Source: a virus
Direction: 5' to 3' (one strand)
IMG/VR virus record: IMGVR_UViG_3300042922_000827
Location: 23,774 to 87,773 of that record
Length of the DNA: 64,000 nt
Below, piece after piece: positions 37,085 through 46,802 of the stretch (position 1 is its first letter; each line of letters opens with the position of its first letter). A model generated the notes under the pieces. That model was not told the DNA's origin and did no database searches. It saw only the letters and a program-made list of their open reading frames with translations. Both the position numbers and the translations under genes were made by a program.

Positions 37085-39286
37085 ATGAAAAAATATAATT
37101 GCCCATATTGTGGATATAGAGGTTCTAGGGAAGATTTGATATCTCATATAGAAGAAGAGCATGATGAAATGATACCAGAAAATTTTACTGCGGCTAGAGT
37201 AGTATTTAATTTAGTTAATAAAAAAGATCATGGAGTGTGTGTTGTTTGTAAAAGAGAAACTGAATGGAATGAAAATGCTAGTAAATATGATAGAATGTGC
37301 GGACGCAAAGCTTGTTCAGATGCTTTGAGAAAAATAGCAGTAACTAATCATATCAAAGTATATAATAAACCTACTCTTCTTGGAGATGATGAACATCAAG
37401 AAAAAATGCTAGCCAATAGAGGTATATCCGGAAAGTATAGATTTACAGACGGAGGATATGTAGTTTATACTGGATCTTATGAAAAGAAGGCACTGGAGTT
37501 TATAGATAAAGTGCTAGGATTTAAATCATGGGATATACTTTGCCCAGGTCCAGTATTTGAATATGAATATGAAGGTAAAACTCATAAGTGGATTACTGAT
37601 ATGCTTCTTATTCCGTTTAATCTAATTATAGAAGTTAAGGATGGTGGAAGCAATCCTAATAATCGTACTATGACTTCATATAGAGAAAAGCAAGTGGCTA
37701 AAGAACAAATGATTACATCTCTTGGTAAATTTAATTATCTTAGATTGACAGATAACAACTTTGCTCAACTATTAGGAACAATTGCTGAACTCAAAGCTCA
37801 AATGATTGACGATAGTGAAGATAATAAGAAAGTAGTTATCAATATAAATGAAGAAGTAGAAGCTTTAAATGAAGAATCTTCAAAAGATATAACAAAGTTT
37901 AAAGCTATGATTCTAAAAAAAGTAAACGCCAATTCTAAATTTAAAAATTTTATAAAAGGCAAATCAAAAGATGATATAAAAAAAATAAATGATAAGATAT
38001 ACAACTCATCAGCTAAAATATTACGCGAAGTCGCTAGATTGACATTCAATACAAAGCATCTTTCGGAAAAATTATTTTGGGCTGTTGCTATAGGATATGT
38101 ATTATCAATGTTTGGCATAATCGCATCGTCGGCTATAATGTTTGGAACTGCCATTGGAGTAGACTATGCTGTAGACGCAAGGTATAATAAAAAGAACGAA
38201 TCTACTGAATTAGAATCGGAGATTATAGATGAAATGTCTATAAGTGTGCCATTGAATAAAGATCATATACAAAAAGGGAATAAGTCTTTATTCTCCTTTA
38301 AAAAAGTTTCTATAACTGATAATGATATTAATAAATATAAACAAGATATGAAATCATTATCACATATAAGAACAGAAGATGGGTACAAAGGAACCATATT
38401 CTTAGATAAAAACAATCCAGTTTGCTATGTAAATGTAAACTCTAATAATGGAATGATACAGGCACTGGAGATATCTAAAGACTATCAGGGATATGGATTA
38501 TCATCGCAATTATTGAAATATGCTGTATCTACACTAAAAGCAACATCATTAACGGTAAATAAAAAAAATGAAGTTGCAATAAACGTGTATAAAAAGCAAG
38601 GCTTTAAACAAGTTAAAGCTACCGATAATATGATAACTATGTCTATAGATGAGAGTATGGGTCTTGCAGGAATTGGCGGAATGCCAGCACCTTCTAATCA
38701 ATTCATTACTCAATTTGGTCCTAGATCTACTTTCTCAGATGATACAGTAGAAGGGTATGCCATTCACAACGATATCATTACAGATAAGATACTATTAGTA
38801 GATAAGAATGGTAATCTTGCGGTTAAAGAATCTTCTTTCTTAGAAGGAAGAAAGATAAGAATATTTAAATACATTGGCGAGAATGTGGATGAATATTACA
38901 AGATATTAAAATCTGCAAAGAAAAATAAAAAAGCATATAGAGAATATCTATATGAAGCGCTAACTGGGAAAAGGCTATTATCAGACGATCAGATAATCTG
39001 TGATGAATGCTTCGAAGAAATATCCCCAGTTAAAATCTTTGCAGAATACAACTCAGCCGCTCAAACAATTGTAGATCAGTATAAAGAAATAATTGGAGAA
39101 GAAATAGTTAGATTTCCACTAATGAATGAAAAATCTATATCTGAAGCTTCTAAGATTACAACTGGCAATATTCATATTAATATATTTGAAAATATGAACG
39201 GATACTTTGCAGAAAATGCTATAACTCGCCAAAGGACTGCATATTATAAGGATATAAAAGATATTCAAATTGAGGTGATATTGTAA
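37085..39286 (+). CDS. multidomain late protein: C2H2/CxxC zinc fingers, TnsA/T4 gp4-like nuclease fold, hydrophobic module, GNAT acetyltransferase
   Basis: CPYC...HIEEEH; GSYEKKAL...ITD...IIEVKD; LEISKDYQGYGLSSQLL...NEVAINVYKKQGF. Confidence 0.7.
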   Translation: MKKYNCPYCGYRGSREDLISHIEEEHDEMIPENFTAARVVFNLVNKKDHGVCVVCKRETEWNENASKYDRMCGRKACSDALRKIAVTNHIKVYNKPTLLGDDEHQEKMLANRGISGKYRFTDGGYVVYTGSYEKKALEFIDKVLGFKSWDILCPGPVFEYEYEGKTHKWITDMLLIPFNLIIEVKDGGSNPNNRTMTSYREKQVAKEQMITSLGKFNYLRLTDNNFAQLLGTIAELKAQMIDDSEDNKKVVININEEVEALNEESSKDITKFKAMILKKVNANSKFKNFIKGKSKDDIKKINDKIYNSSAKILREVARLTFNTKHLSEKLFWAVAIGYVLSMFGIIASSAIMFGTAIGVDYAVDARYNKKNESTELESEIIDEMSISVPLNKDHIQKGNKSLFSFKKVSITDNDINKYKQDMKSLSHIRTEDGYKGTIFLDKNNPVCYVNVNSNNGMIQALEISKDYQGYGLSSQLLKYAVSTLKATSLTVNKKNEVAINVYKKQGFKQVKATDNMITMSIDESMGLAGIGGMPAPSNQFITQFGPRSTFSDDTVEGYAIHNDIITDKILLVDKNGNLAVKESSFLEGRKIRIFKYIGENVDEYYKILKSAKKNKKAYREYLYEALTGKRLLSDDQIICDECFEEISPVKIFAEYNSAAQTIVDQYKEIIGEEIVRFPLMNEKSISEASKITTGNIHINIFENMNGYFAENAITRQRTAYYKDIKDIQIEVIL

Positions 39287-41529
39287 TGATAGGTATCGAT
39301 GATGAGGTTATAACTACTGGGTTAGACGATAGAGAAATAAAAGATTGGAGATTGTCTCATAATATGATTCTTCTCCATAGTAGCTATCAGACAGAGAAAA
39401 AATTAAGAGATGATTGGGAAAAATTTAATAATATGACAATTCAAGATAGGATTGAAAGCGATTGGAAATCTATAGATTTATTTGGATTCAGTAATATTGA
39501 TAGATATGAAACAATGCTATCTGAATTTCTTAAAAACGATATTCCAGATGAATTATATGATAATTTATATGTTCCTATGAAGGAATCGTATGATCAAGCA
39601 GATGAATGGAATAAGAATAATATAAATAAAGTTATATCCAAAGCAAGCTCTTTAAAAGATCTTGAGAAGCAATGGGGTGTATATAATAGCATCCCAGTTT
39701 CTGATAGGTACGAAGTTGATGATGCTTCTATCGAATTATTTGATATGGACAACACGCAACATTATTTGGCTCAAAGAAAAGAATTCCTTAAAAAAGATAT
39801 AAACCATTCTGCTCCAACTATACAATATGTTCCATCTAGAGAAGAAGCTCTACGTCTATATGCATCTAAAATAGATATTGTGGGGGCAGCAAAAACTTGT
39901 GCTAGGATTCAAGAATCTACTTCAAATAATATTTCTGATATTATATTCGAAAGTGCTGAAAGGAATATTAGCGATAAAATAAATATTGATAACATGATAG
40001 CTCTATCTATTACCCCATTCTATTCTCCATATGAAATGGAAAAACTCGGCATATCTACTATAGATACTGGAATATATAGTGACGAACCAGATAATGTTCT
40101 AATTGGAGATATTACGACAAAGCAATGGTTTCAAGAATATAAAAATAGATTTAATGGATTTGACGACGATGCATTAATTCAATCTACTATAGGAGACATT
40201 GGAGGGTGGGCAGAAACTATAAAGAAACTATATTCTGATTATGATGAAATAAAAGAATCTGGAGATGTAGCTGCTATAAATAGTAGGAAGCAATCCATAT
40301 TAGATCTTGGGTGGAATCCAGAAATAGAGTTTAATGAGGCAACTAGAACACATGCCAATAATCGTATAAATTCTATACTTGAAGATATGTATTCTAGGTA
40401 TAGAATTATAGATGTAGAAGAAAGTGTTGCTCTTAATGAAGAAAGTGTTAATAGTGATTATGTTGGAGCTTTAAGACAGGTAGCAGTTCGTCCACTTTAT
40501 ATAATATTTTTTAATTCAAAAACTGTATTTAATAAAGTTATAAGAACTGTTACTAATAGCGTATATAGTCATGTCTCTATATCTTTTGATCCGTCTCTAA
40601 AAACAATGTATAGTTTTGATGCAAAGAATGGTGGCTTCTCTCAAGAATATATGACAGATTATATTAGTAGCGGAGAAGTAAAAGCTATTCAAGTATTTTG
40701 CACCTTTATAGATACGGCAAAATATGATGTATTACAATCTAAGATAAAAGAATATAGTAAAAATCAAAAGAATTTAGGATATTCTTTTATCAACCTAGTA
40801 ACAATACCATTCAAAATAAACTATATAAATAAAACCAAAATGGTTTGCTCCCAATTTGTAGATAGTATGCTTAAATTGGCTGATTTGGATATTACTAATA
40901 TTGGATCTAATATGATATCACCTGGAAAGCTCAATAATAGTATTAAGAAATATAAGGGAGATATTTATAAAATATATACTGGATCTCCAGATAAATATAG
41001 TGCCGATAAGGTATCTAATTTTATAAATAAACTTGCCAGCTCTACAGCCCAAGTAGAGTCAAATATACTAAGACCATTTTTATCTATTTCTAGTATAAAA
41101 GAAGCTAAGGAGTTTCCGGTTCAATTTACTGATGATGGAGATCTTCTTATATCTAAAGGTAAAGATATAGATTTTGAAGGAGAATATTCTAGGTGCCATA
41201 TAGCATTAGAACAATACGACAAAGTGAATAATATAGAAGCTATGAAATATTGTATTTATAAACTATGGTATATGAATATTGTCTTAGAAGAAAGAATCCA
41301 CGAAGATAAATCTGACAAGGATAAAATAAAGGAATACCATAAAGCTAGAGCTAAAATAATTAATGATATTAAAACTTATATGCATAAGATACAAAAAGTA
41401 GATAAGAAATTTGATATTATTAAAGAATATAATGAAAGCCCATTTAGTAGCGATTCTATTAAAATAAGAAGATCAACTCTCCTTTATACTATAGATCTAT
41501 TTAAAAGAATTATTGGTATTAAGAAATAG
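39286..41529 (+). CDS. multidomain late protein: two ~80-aa repeats and a permuted papain-like (NlpC/P60, YiiX-like) domain
   Basis: YSHVSISFD (His) precedes MVCSQFV (Cys) and ISP; start overlaps the stop of the upstream gene. Confidence 0.7.
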   Translation: MIGIDDEVITTGLDDREIKDWRLSHNMILLHSSYQTEKKLRDDWEKFNNMTIQDRIESDWKSIDLFGFSNIDRYETMLSEFLKNDIPDELYDNLYVPMKESYDQADEWNKNNINKVISKASSLKDLEKQWGVYNSIPVSDRYEVDDASIELFDMDNTQHYLAQRKEFLKKDINHSAPTIQYVPSREEALRLYASKIDIVGAAKTCARIQESTSNNISDIIFESAERNISDKINIDNMIALSITPFYSPYEMEKLGISTIDTGIYSDEPDNVLIGDITTKQWFQEYKNRFNGFDDDALIQSTIGDIGGWAETIKKLYSDYDEIKESGDVAAINSRKQSILDLGWNPEIEFNEATRTHANNRINSILEDMYSRYRIIDVEESVALNEESVNSDYVGALRQVAVRPLYIIFFNSKTVFNKVIRTVTNSVYSHVSISFDPSLKTMYSFDAKNGGFSQEYMTDYISSGEVKAIQVFCTFIDTAKYDVLQSKIKEYSKNQKNLGYSFINLVTIPFKINYINKTKMVCSQFVDSMLKLADLDITNIGSNMISPGKLNNSIKKYKGDIYKIYTGSPDKYSADKVSNFINKLASSTAQVESNILRPFLSISSIKEAKEFPVQFTDDGDLLISKGKDIDFEGEYSRCHIALEQYDKVNNIEAMKYCIYKLWYMNIVLEERIHEDKSDKDKIKEYHKARAKIINDIKTYMHKIQKVDKKFDIIKEYNESPFSSDSIKIRRSTLLYTIDLFKRIIGIKK

Positions 41530-41531
41530 AT

Positions 41532-41559
41532 ATATGGGATAGCGTACGCTATCCCATAT
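41532..41559 (+). terminator. 28-bp perfect palindrome
   Basis: ATATGGGATAGCGT|ACGCTATCCCATAT. Confidence 0.75.
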
Positions 41560-41569
41560 TATTTGTTGG

Positions 41570-41588
41570 TTATATATTATAATAATGA
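41570..41588 (+). promoter_or_regulatory. early-type promoter
   Basis: TTATATATTATA-ATAA-TGA. Confidence 0.75.
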
Positions 41589-41610
41589 TATTATATGGGG
41601 AGTTGTTAGT

Positions 41611-41991
41611 GTGAAAAAAATTATTATAACTCGAGAAAATGTAAACGATGTCATGGGTTATATCAATAGCGCGTTTGAAGGGAAGGGATTTAAAATCCAT
41701 CTTGGGTACATATCAGATATAGATAATCCAACAGAAACATTTTTTACCACTATTCCGTATTATGACAATGATTCTATGTATCCTCCACAAAAAATTCAAC
41801 TTAAGAAATCTACATGTAAGTATGGCATCGTAGATTTCAGAACATATGGAGATTGTTTTCCTGTAGAAGAAAATAAAAATACTATTGTTATAGCTGATAA
41901 TGGAAATGTGTATTTTGTAACTTTAAACGATGAATTAAGACGAAAAGAAAATATCCAAAGCACATATGAGTTTAAGCTAATGAATACTTAA
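41611..41991 (+). CDS. hypothetical early protein
   Basis: GTG start after GGGGAG; followed by hairpin 41993-42015. Confidence 0.7.
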   Translation: MKKIIITRENVNDVMGYINSAFEGKGFKIHLGYISDIDNPTETFFTTIPYYDNDSMYPPQKIQLKKSTCKYGIVDFRTYGDCFPVEENKNTIVIADNGNVYFVTLNDELRRKENIQSTYEFKLMNT

Positions 41992-42069
41992 CAAAAGGGC
42001 ACATTGTGCCCTTTTAGATTAATAAAAGATTTAAGACAATAAAATAAACTAAAAATAGGGGGATTTATA

Positions 42070-42975
42070 ATGAGTGCTAAAATTGATGTATTTGTAGGGG
42101 CAAAATTCTATAAATATAAAGAAGATGGAAGCCTGGAAACAATTAGAATTGTTAGGGCTAAGAGCGAAAATAATTTTATTATAATTAAAGATGATGATTT
42201 TAGTATAAAATACACTAAAACGTCAGATCAATTACATGAGTATACTTTACTACGTTCCGACGCTTTGTATACTTTCAATATTGTAATAAATGCCAAAGAC
42301 GATGCAATACTTCATGATATACTTGTAACAATGAGTAGAAAACAAGATAAAAACAAACCATATGTAGTATGTCGTCAAATGATGCAAAACTTATTTATGC
42401 AAATTATCAAAACCGATGTTACTACACTTGGAAATTGTGTATCTCATGATAGCTGCCCTCCAGATGTAGATTTTAAAATAAATCTTATATGCAGCAAATT
42501 AGTCAGAACATTTTCAGTAAACGGATATCTAAATGATACTCCAGAAGTTATTATGAAATTGGCTTCGAAGATTATAATTCAATCTGATAGAATTCTCGAG
42601 GCTCAATATAATGAATTGCATAAAAGATATAATGGGTTATGCACTTCTGTTAAAGAATTATTAGAAGAGAACTCATTTTGGGACGAAGTGAATAAAGGTT
42701 TAAAAGTGACTAAACTAAATGATAAAATAGAAAATTGCTCACTTAATGCCGAGCAGCTAACTTATCTACAGCAAGAAATTTCATATCTAATGGATAAAGT
42801 TCATGTGATAGAGTATGACCATGATATTGATTTCAATCAAATAAAGTCAGATTATATGCTTATTCGAGATATAGAAAATAAACTCTATATGATAAGTTAT
42901 TTGCGTGGTAGTTTTATAAAACAAGAACATTTGAGTGAAGAAGAATTGGCGAAATTTAACTCTATAAAAATATAA
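42070..42975 (+). CDS. hypothetical protein
   Basis: 301 aa; GGGGG RBS; GACA-N6-TA variant at 42035-42046. Confidence 0.8.
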   Translation: MSAKIDVFVGAKFYKYKEDGSLETIRIVRAKSENNFIIIKDDDFSIKYTKTSDQLHEYTLLRSDALYTFNIVINAKDDAILHDILVTMSRKQDKNKPYVVCRQMMQNLFMQIIKTDVTTLGNCVSHDSCPPDVDFKINLICSKLVRTFSVNGYLNDTPEVIMKLASKIIIQSDRILEAQYNELHKRYNGLCTSVKELLEENSFWDEVNKGLKVTKLNDKIENCSLNAEQLTYLQQEISYLMDKVHVIEYDHDIDFNQIKSDYMLIRDIENKLYMISYLRGSFIKQEHLSEEELAKFNSIKI

Positions 42976-42979
42976 TTAG

Positions 42980-42998
42980 TTATATATTATAGAGATGA
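42980..42998 (+). promoter_or_regulatory. early-type promoter
   Basis: TTATATATTATA-GAGA-TGA. Confidence 0.75.
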
Positions 42999-43063
42999 AT
43001 TAATATAGCCGGTGACTGCAAATGCGCGGGTGACGGCAAATAAAATTAAAAGGGGTAATCAGA

Positions 43064-43843
43064 ATGAACTACGAAGAAAGAAATTTAAGAAAGAACGAAC
43101 AGCAGGATGCGGCAAATCCAACTTCAGAAAATGAAAAAAGAGTACCAGCTCGCATCAAAATCAATCCAGTTGAAATGGAAGGCACTTACAAATCAAAGCT
43201 TATCACTTCAGTAAGACTATGCGCAATGGTTAACAAAATTATGCGTGGAGTAAGTCCTGACTTTGATGGATCACGGCTACAAGTAGTGGGATCAAATATT
43301 GTGGGTGAATTATTCTTTACCGAAAATCCTCATACCCAACTACGCGATGGTCAAATTAAAGTAATCGAACGCCGAGATTCAAGCAAAGCAAGAGACGTTG
43401 CTGGTGCGATCGAACGATATAATCGTCGCAATCGTTCTGCGACTCAGTATGAATTAACACAAGAAGGAAAAGAAGCTTTTGCAGAATTTGTTCCTCATTA
43501 TTTTGTCACAAATCGCGACAAAGGTACTGTTGATTGGGGCAGAGCTACAACCGAAGATGCCGAAATGGGCTTCAATGGTCGTAACAAAATTTATGTAAAA
43601 ATGCAATTTGACTTGCACAAATTCTTACGTAAAGTATATGGTGGTAAAGCTGCCGATCAATCCAATTACATTTATGAAATTGGAGTATTGCGTCCGCTTG
43701 ATGGTATTAAGTTAGAAAATGGTAATATCGTTTCTACGAAATGGTTACTTAATATTCTTCAAGTTGATGAAGCAAGCGTTCGGGAAACTTACGAAGAAAG
43801 CGGCTTCAGCCCACTTCAAAATACATTGAATATCGTTCGCTAA
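43064..43843 (+). CDS. hypothetical early protein, probably highly expressed
   Basis: monocistronic between promoter and terminator; frequent CGT/CGC Arg codons unlike its neighbours. Confidence 0.8.
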   Translation: MNYEERNLRKNEQQDAANPTSENEKRVPARIKINPVEMEGTYKSKLITSVRLCAMVNKIMRGVSPDFDGSRLQVVGSNIVGELFFTENPHTQLRDGQIKVIERRDSSKARDVAGAIERYNRRNRSATQYELTQEGKEAFAEFVPHYFVTNRDKGTVDWGRATTEDAEMGFNGRNKIYVKMQFDLHKFLRKVYGGKAADQSNYIYEIGVLRPLDGIKLENGNIVSTKWLLNILQVDEASVRETYEESGFSPLQNTLNIVR

Positions 43844-43848
43844 ACTAC

Positions 43849-43885
43849 ATATATACAGGAGTAGATAATCTACTCCTGTATATAT
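43849..43885 (+). terminator. terminator hairpin
   Basis: 18-bp arms ATATATACAGGAGTAGAT with 1-nt spacer, then a T tract. Confidence 0.75.
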
Positions 43886-43910
43886 TATTTTTTATTTGGA
43901 GGTTGTACAA

Positions 43911-44297
43911 ATGGCAATAGCTTTTGACTATCATGTAAATGAAGAAGTCGATGAAGTTATCGACGAAAAGGGTAATACTGTAATCATGTTTAGAAAATTG
44001 GCATGGGGTGCAGGTGAAGAAAAACTAGAGCTTAGGAAGTGGTATGTCGATATTAATAAAGAAACACCATCTAAAGGTGTTACATTCTTAACTGAAGATG
44101 GTCCGCACAATCTAGTAAATATTCTAGTCAAGAAAGGGTTCGGAGATACTGAAAAGGTTTTAGAAGAATTAAAATCTAGAGATGACTTTGAAGATGCTCT
44201 TTCTAATGTAATTGGGAAGAAGAAAGTTAAAGATATCAAAAGCCAAGATGCGGCTGATGAAGCATCTTATTATGATCCTAAAGAAATGTTGGGGTGA
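43911..44297 (+). CDS. PC4/YdbC-like ssDNA-binding protein
   Basis: FRKLAWG...KLELRKW...PSKGVTF matches the PC4/YdbC pattern. Confidence 0.65.
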   Translation: MAIAFDYHVNEEVDEVIDEKGNTVIMFRKLAWGAGEEKLELRKWYVDINKETPSKGVTFLTEDGPHNLVNILVKKGFGDTEKVLEELKSRDDFEDALSNVIGKKKVKDIKSQDAADEASYYDPKEMLG

Positions 44298-44302
44298 TTT
44301 GA

Positions 44303-44602
44303 TTGGAACAATATATTGGAGTTGCAATGACTATAGTTTTATTAATAGTTATGGTTATTAGATCTAATAGTACGAATAAATGTATTACTAAAATAGAATA
44401 TGCCCCATGTAAAGTTCTTTATATATGTAGCGACTGCAAAGTCGCTACATCTGAAGAGAATTTAATTAGCCGTACTGTAGATATCTCTGATCAAGAAGGT
44501 GATAGACTATGGGGTAAGAAAACAGTTAAAGAATGTAAATGTGGATGTTCTTGGTTTGTAAAAGTTAATGTTATAAAGGAAGAGTATGTAAACATGGGGT
44601 GA
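44303..44602 (+). CDS. membrane-anchored zinc-ribbon protein
   Basis: N-terminal hydrophobic helix; CSDC...CKCGC. Confidence 0.55.
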   Translation: MEQYIGVAMTIVLLIVMVIRSNSTNKCITKIEYAPCKVLYICSDCKVATSEENLISRTVDISDQEGDRLWGKKTVKECKCGCSWFVKVNVIKEEYVNMG

Positions 44603-44606
44603 TAAA

Positions 44607-45008
44607 ATGGCACTAGATAGCGATATCAGTGGAAATACAGAAGGACCATTCGAACAATTTGAAATATGCACATATGATACAAATTGCAAATTTAAAGATG
44701 TTAATGGTAGATGTATTTTTGAAATATGCATTATTCAACATACAGTTCCGCCTCTTACACTATTATGGTATTTTGAATGTGTTATATGCAAAACTATAGA
44801 TTGTATTAGACCAAACGATATGAAAATGCATGTTTGTTCTAGTTGCATCAGTAGAATGCAGGCTGCCGAGGCTCTGCCAATAAATTGTAGATGGTGTGGG
44901 CGTAAAATAACTAAACCACCATCTTGGATGTTTTCAGGTTTGTGTCCTGTATGTTTAGAAAGACTATATAAAGCTGCATGGGTGGAGGATTTTAATGATA
45001 CACGATGA
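44607..45008 (+). CDS. cysteine-rich multi-zinc-finger protein
   Basis: CVIC, CSSC, CRWC, CPVC pairs plus an N-terminal Cys cluster. Confidence 0.7.
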   Translation: MALDSDISGNTEGPFEQFEICTYDTNCKFKDVNGRCIFEICIIQHTVPPLTLLWYFECVICKTIDCIRPNDMKMHVCSSCISRMQAAEALPINCRWCGRKITKPPSWMFSGLCPVCLERLYKAAWVEDFNDTR

Positions 45009-46050
45009 AAAAACTCCTATAGAGTATGTGCTATATGGTCAGTTTATAAAATATAGCGCATTAAGAAATTTAGTAGCATTAGAGTTTGCAAACTCTAATG
45101 CCGATGAAGTTAAGATATTTATAGATCTTAACCAGATGCTATTACCTGCATTTAGATATCTAAAAATTCAGGACTATAACGTTATTAGTTCTACAATTAT
45201 AAACTATTGTGCTCATCTGAGATCATATTTTAGAACTAGACACAATGTTCAATCTACTATTATTTTAGTATTTAGTCGTAATATGTCTAGTAATAATACA
45301 AGATTCTGTGCAGAGTACAATAGCCACTATAGATTAAGAATGCAGTCCAATGAAAAAATCATGGATGCAGTTGATTATAATTTAGATATACTAAAGATCT
45401 TGTGCCCATACCTTCCAGATATATATTTGAAGATCGGTACTGTCGAGCCATCGGTCATAATGTATGACCTTATATCTAAGGATTTTAATGACAATATTCC
45501 AAATATAGTTATATCATCATCCCAATACGCATACCAATTACCAGGAGTTGCTAGGAATACTGTTGTATTCAAAAAGAAAGTCGCGAATAAAATTGATACG
45601 TCTTTCTCGTATAATATGCTTAATGCTATAAATGCATTTATATACGATACAAGAGATATTGTAACTAATGAAATTTTAAATACTAAGACCATTAGTTTAC
45701 TTATGTCTCTAAGCGGACTTCCAAAACGTAATATAAAGAGCATGTTCAGTATTAAGACTTCTCTCGAAATCATTCAAAGCATTCCTGATAGTTCTCTTGG
45801 CGATATCGATGCTATGTATAAATGTATGGAAGAGCATATCAGAGCTAAGAAAACTAAAACATTCTTACCATATGATGAGTTCGTAAATAGATATAAGGCA
45901 ATAGATTTATTATATCAGCATAAGCTATATGAAATGCTACCAGAATCTAAAGAAAAGTCTTACCTACAAAGATTTTCAGATCCAAGTACAGTAAGAGATA
46001 TAAACGACAGATATTTTAAAAATATTCCTTTAGACTTAGAAAGGTTGTGA
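44995..46050 (+). CDS. possible 5'-3' exonuclease/RNase H (PIN/FEN-like) fold protein
   Basis: KIFIDLNQML, IILVF, YNSHYR pattern; acidic catalytic residues look partly degenerate. Confidence 0.4.
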   Translation: MIHDEKTPIEYVLYGQFIKYSALRNLVALEFANSNADEVKIFIDLNQMLLPAFRYLKIQDYNVISSTIINYCAHLRSYFRTRHNVQSTIILVFSRNMSSNNTRFCAEYNSHYRLRMQSNEKIMDAVDYNLDILKILCPYLPDIYLKIGTVEPSVIMYDLISKDFNDNIPNIVISSSQYAYQLPGVARNTVVFKKKVANKIDTSFSYNMLNAINAFIYDTRDIVTNEILNTKTISLLMSLSGLPKRNIKSMFSIKTSLEIIQSIPDSSLGDIDAMYKCMEEHIRAKKTKTFLPYDEFVNRYKAIDLLYQHKLYEMLPESKEKSYLQRFSDPSTVRDINDRYFKNIPLDLERL

Positions 46051-46056
46051 TTATAA

Positions 46057-46266
46057 ATGAAGGATGTATATGATATTAATAAGTTCTTAAGAGATCATTG
46101 TTATAACTATGATTTTACTAAAATAGAAAATCTAGAAATTATAAAATCAATTATAAATTCTCTTCTTAATACATCTGATTTAGAAGTTGGAGAAATATCT
46201 GTTACTGGGAGCGGAGTAGTCAATATTACAATAGTGCCAAAAATAAGTATTGCAATAGAGATCTAA
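46057..46266 (+). CDS. small hypothetical protein
   Basis: 69-aa ORF in an operon. Confidence 0.55.
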   Translation: MKDVYDINKFLRDHCYNYDFTKIENLEIIKSIINSLLNTSDLEVGEISVTGSGVVNITIVPKISIAIEI

Positions 46267-46283
46267 AACATACAAGATAGGAT

Positions 46284-46739
46284 TTGATAATATTGAATTT
46301 TAATTATGAAGAATTTGTTAAAACTGCATTTAAAGTCATATTAAAGAGCGATAAATACAATAAACTAAAATATATCAGACTAAAAATTGATAATGAGCCG
46401 CACAGTCAACTCCCTCATGGTATGGCACATAAATGTACTATTACGATATTTTTAGACCAACTACTATTTGATAAATCTGAGTATTCGGAAGATGATATGA
46501 AAGGGTATATTGTATTTGTAGTTGCTCATGAGTTATCACATCTACTCCAAGATATCGATCGAATAAAGTATATAAACAATAGAAAATATCGTTACTTTAT
46601 AGAAGCTTCTGCTTGTATCACTGCTTTGGAGTATATAAAAGAACAATATGATATTTTTAAGAAGACTATAGGAGATTTCTCATTAGAACCAATGGAAACT
46701 ATTGAATTTGATGCTAGAGAATATCTAAATAAAAGATAA
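46284..46739 (+). CDS. HExxH zincin-like protein
   Basis: VAHELSHLLQD; paralog of 7874..8635. Confidence 0.55.
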   Translation: MIILNFNYEEFVKTAFKVILKSDKYNKLKYIRLKIDNEPHSQLPHGMAHKCTITIFLDQLLFDKSEYSEDDMKGYIVFVVAHELSHLLQDIDRIKYINNRKYRYFIEASACITALEYIKEQYDIFKKTIGDFSLEPMETIEFDAREYLNKR

Positions 46740-46802
46740 AGCTCAACATATAAGGTAATGGGGAAACCCATTACCTTTATTTTTTATAAGGAGGAGATTA
46801 TT

